DNA from: a virus
DNA length: 64,000 nt
IMG/VR virus record: IMGVR_UViG_3300035664_000006
Coordinates: 1-64,000 of that record
Direction: 5' to 3' (one strand)
Below the pieces are notes generated by a model that had not been told where the DNA came from, did not search any database, and saw only the letters and a program-made list of their open reading frames with translations. The translations under genes were made by a program, and so were the position numbers. Of this stretch, positions 62,594-64,000 are shown one piece after another (the stretch's first letter is position 1; the number at the start of each line of letters is the position of its first letter).

Positions 62594-64000
62594 TTAACTA
62601 ATTGCTGTGTAGGTATAATGTAGATACCCAGCATCATTTGTAAGAAGGTTGGTATACGCAATGCTTAACGAATAGGGATCCTCACCATTATCAAGTATCC
62701 CACCATTGATATCTAAGAAAGACACTTGGAAATCTAGTAATAGTGAGTTATCCATTGTGCCTGTACAGTTATATTCATCAGTTAATTGAATATGTTTAGC
62801 ATCAATATCTACTACTATTGATAAAACCCCAGATCTAGTTTCGTTGTTTAAATTTTTATAATAATATTTGATATTATAGGTAATAGAACCATCTGGCACC
62901 CCATCCACTGAACCTGCTAATGGTAATCTAAATAAAGCAGTACTATAAGTATTATATCCTAAAGAAACTCTGGTGGTTCCAAATGAACTATATTCACAAT
63001 GACCACTAACTTCTGGAATATATGCATAGGTAAGTGATGGATGTGATGATATTGCGGTGCGGTCTGATTTAATATTGTTAATAACATTTCCGTAATATCT
63101 AGAATAAATTTGTGGGAATTCTTGATTATTTACATTCCCAAAATTGTTTCCTACATTGTATAATTCTATATTAGAAACATTATTACCTGTACCTAAATCT
63201 ATGAATATGGCATTTTGTTGCACACTATAGAACTTGTAATTATTGATTATAGTATCTCTTGAACCAAATTGTTGACCAATATTTACACCATCTGAATTAA
63301 AACCTAACACAAACCCTTGCTTTACATTAGTGACATATCCTTCATCAAACAAATTATTTATAATATCATTATCTGAATATACTCCGTAGTTGAAACCTGA
63401 AATATATATATTTTTAAAAATGTTACGTTCACATGTTACAAGTGAGGTAAAACCATATAATGCAATGCCTTTACTTAATTTGGTAATATCACCGACCCAT
63501 CCTCCTTGTAGATTTAAATCTTCGAACGTACTATCCCTAACTGACTCTAATTGCAATGCAACTTGATCAATTGATGAAGTTATAATTGATAATCCTTTAA
63601 ATAATATGTATCGTGGTTGATTTGTATATTGGACATCGTTGGAATCGTTTGTAAAGTTACCATCTAGATTTGTATCTATTAATCTACTACCCATTCCTGC
63701 TGGATTGCCAGGTGTAGATAAATCATTGACAAATCTAACTACTGGAGTGGCTGATGTATGACTGATTATAGTTTTACTAGAACCTTCCCCTATGATCGTA
63801 GCGTAGCTTGGAATGAATAATGTCCCAGTAATTTTATATGTACCTGCTGGTATTTTTAATGTAATTCTTTTATATGAATTATTATATGCTGTCCCTGCTG
63901 TATTCAAAAATAATTGATCAATTGCTCGTTGTAATGAGATAGTATCATCTACGATGCCGTCACCAATTACCCCAAAATCTTTTGTTGAAACATAATCATC
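62594..64000 (-). CDS. Pectate-lyase-like beta-helix tail protein (5' end outside window)
   Basis: VSTKDFGVIGDGIVDDTISLQRAI...IPAGTYKI; frame open to the window end. Confidence 0.8.
   Translation of the reverse strand, partial: DDYVSTKDFGVIGDGIVDDTISLQRAIDQLFLNTAGTAYNNSYKRITLKIPAGTYKITGTLFIPSYATIIGEGSSKTIISHTSATPVVRFVNDLSTPGNPAGMGSRLIDTNLDGNFTNDSNDVQYTNQPRYILFKGLSIITSSIDQVALQLESVRDSTFEDLNLQGGWVGDITKLSKGIALYGFTSLVTCERNIFKNIYISGFNYGVYSDNDIINNLFDEGYVTNVKQGFVLGFNSDGVNIGQQFGSRDTIINNYKFYSVQQNAIFIDLGTGNNVSNIELYNVGNNFGNVNNQEFPQIYSRYYGNVINNIKSDRTAISSHPSLTYAYIPEVSGHCEYSSFGTTRVSLGYNTYSTALFRLPLAGSVDGVPDGSITYNIKYYYKNLNNETRSGVLSIVVDIDAKHIQLTDEYNCTGTMDNSLLLDFQVSFLDINGGILDNGEDPYSLSIAYTNLLTNDAGYLHYTYTAIS

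Overview
AT-rich segment of a large (jumbo-type) tailed-phage genome. Most genes are on the minus strand, with many sigma70-type (TTGACA-17-TATAAT) and late-type (ATAAATA) promoters. The window opens in a pmoC gene whose N-terminus looks gammaproteobacterial, so the host is probably an aerobic methanotroph. It encodes DNA ligase, ClpP/ClpS, IF-1, bS21, RNA ligase, GroES/DnaK/Hsp20, a curli-FecR-CHASE2 adenylate cyclase block, heme oxygenase plus bilin reductase, an R-M-like pair, about 11 homing endonucleases and a class Ia RNR whose nrdA is in three pieces. About 26 tRNAs (one with an amber CTA anticodon) and a two-piece tmRNA are present. Main candidate new system (9.8-27.9 kb): a Ro60/TROVE-like vWA protein gene lies beside 18 small RNA genes interleaved with the tRNAs. 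All share a covarying 7-bp terminal stem plus a near-invariant CAGCA, but carry different cargo: bare anticodon stem-loops, circularly permuted YrlA-like tRNA modules, or other hairpins. One further copy sits on the 5' UTR of the protein gene. At the head of the array is a leader-peptide attenuator whose 46-aa peptide contains all 20 amino acids. All calls are by eye; no searches were run.
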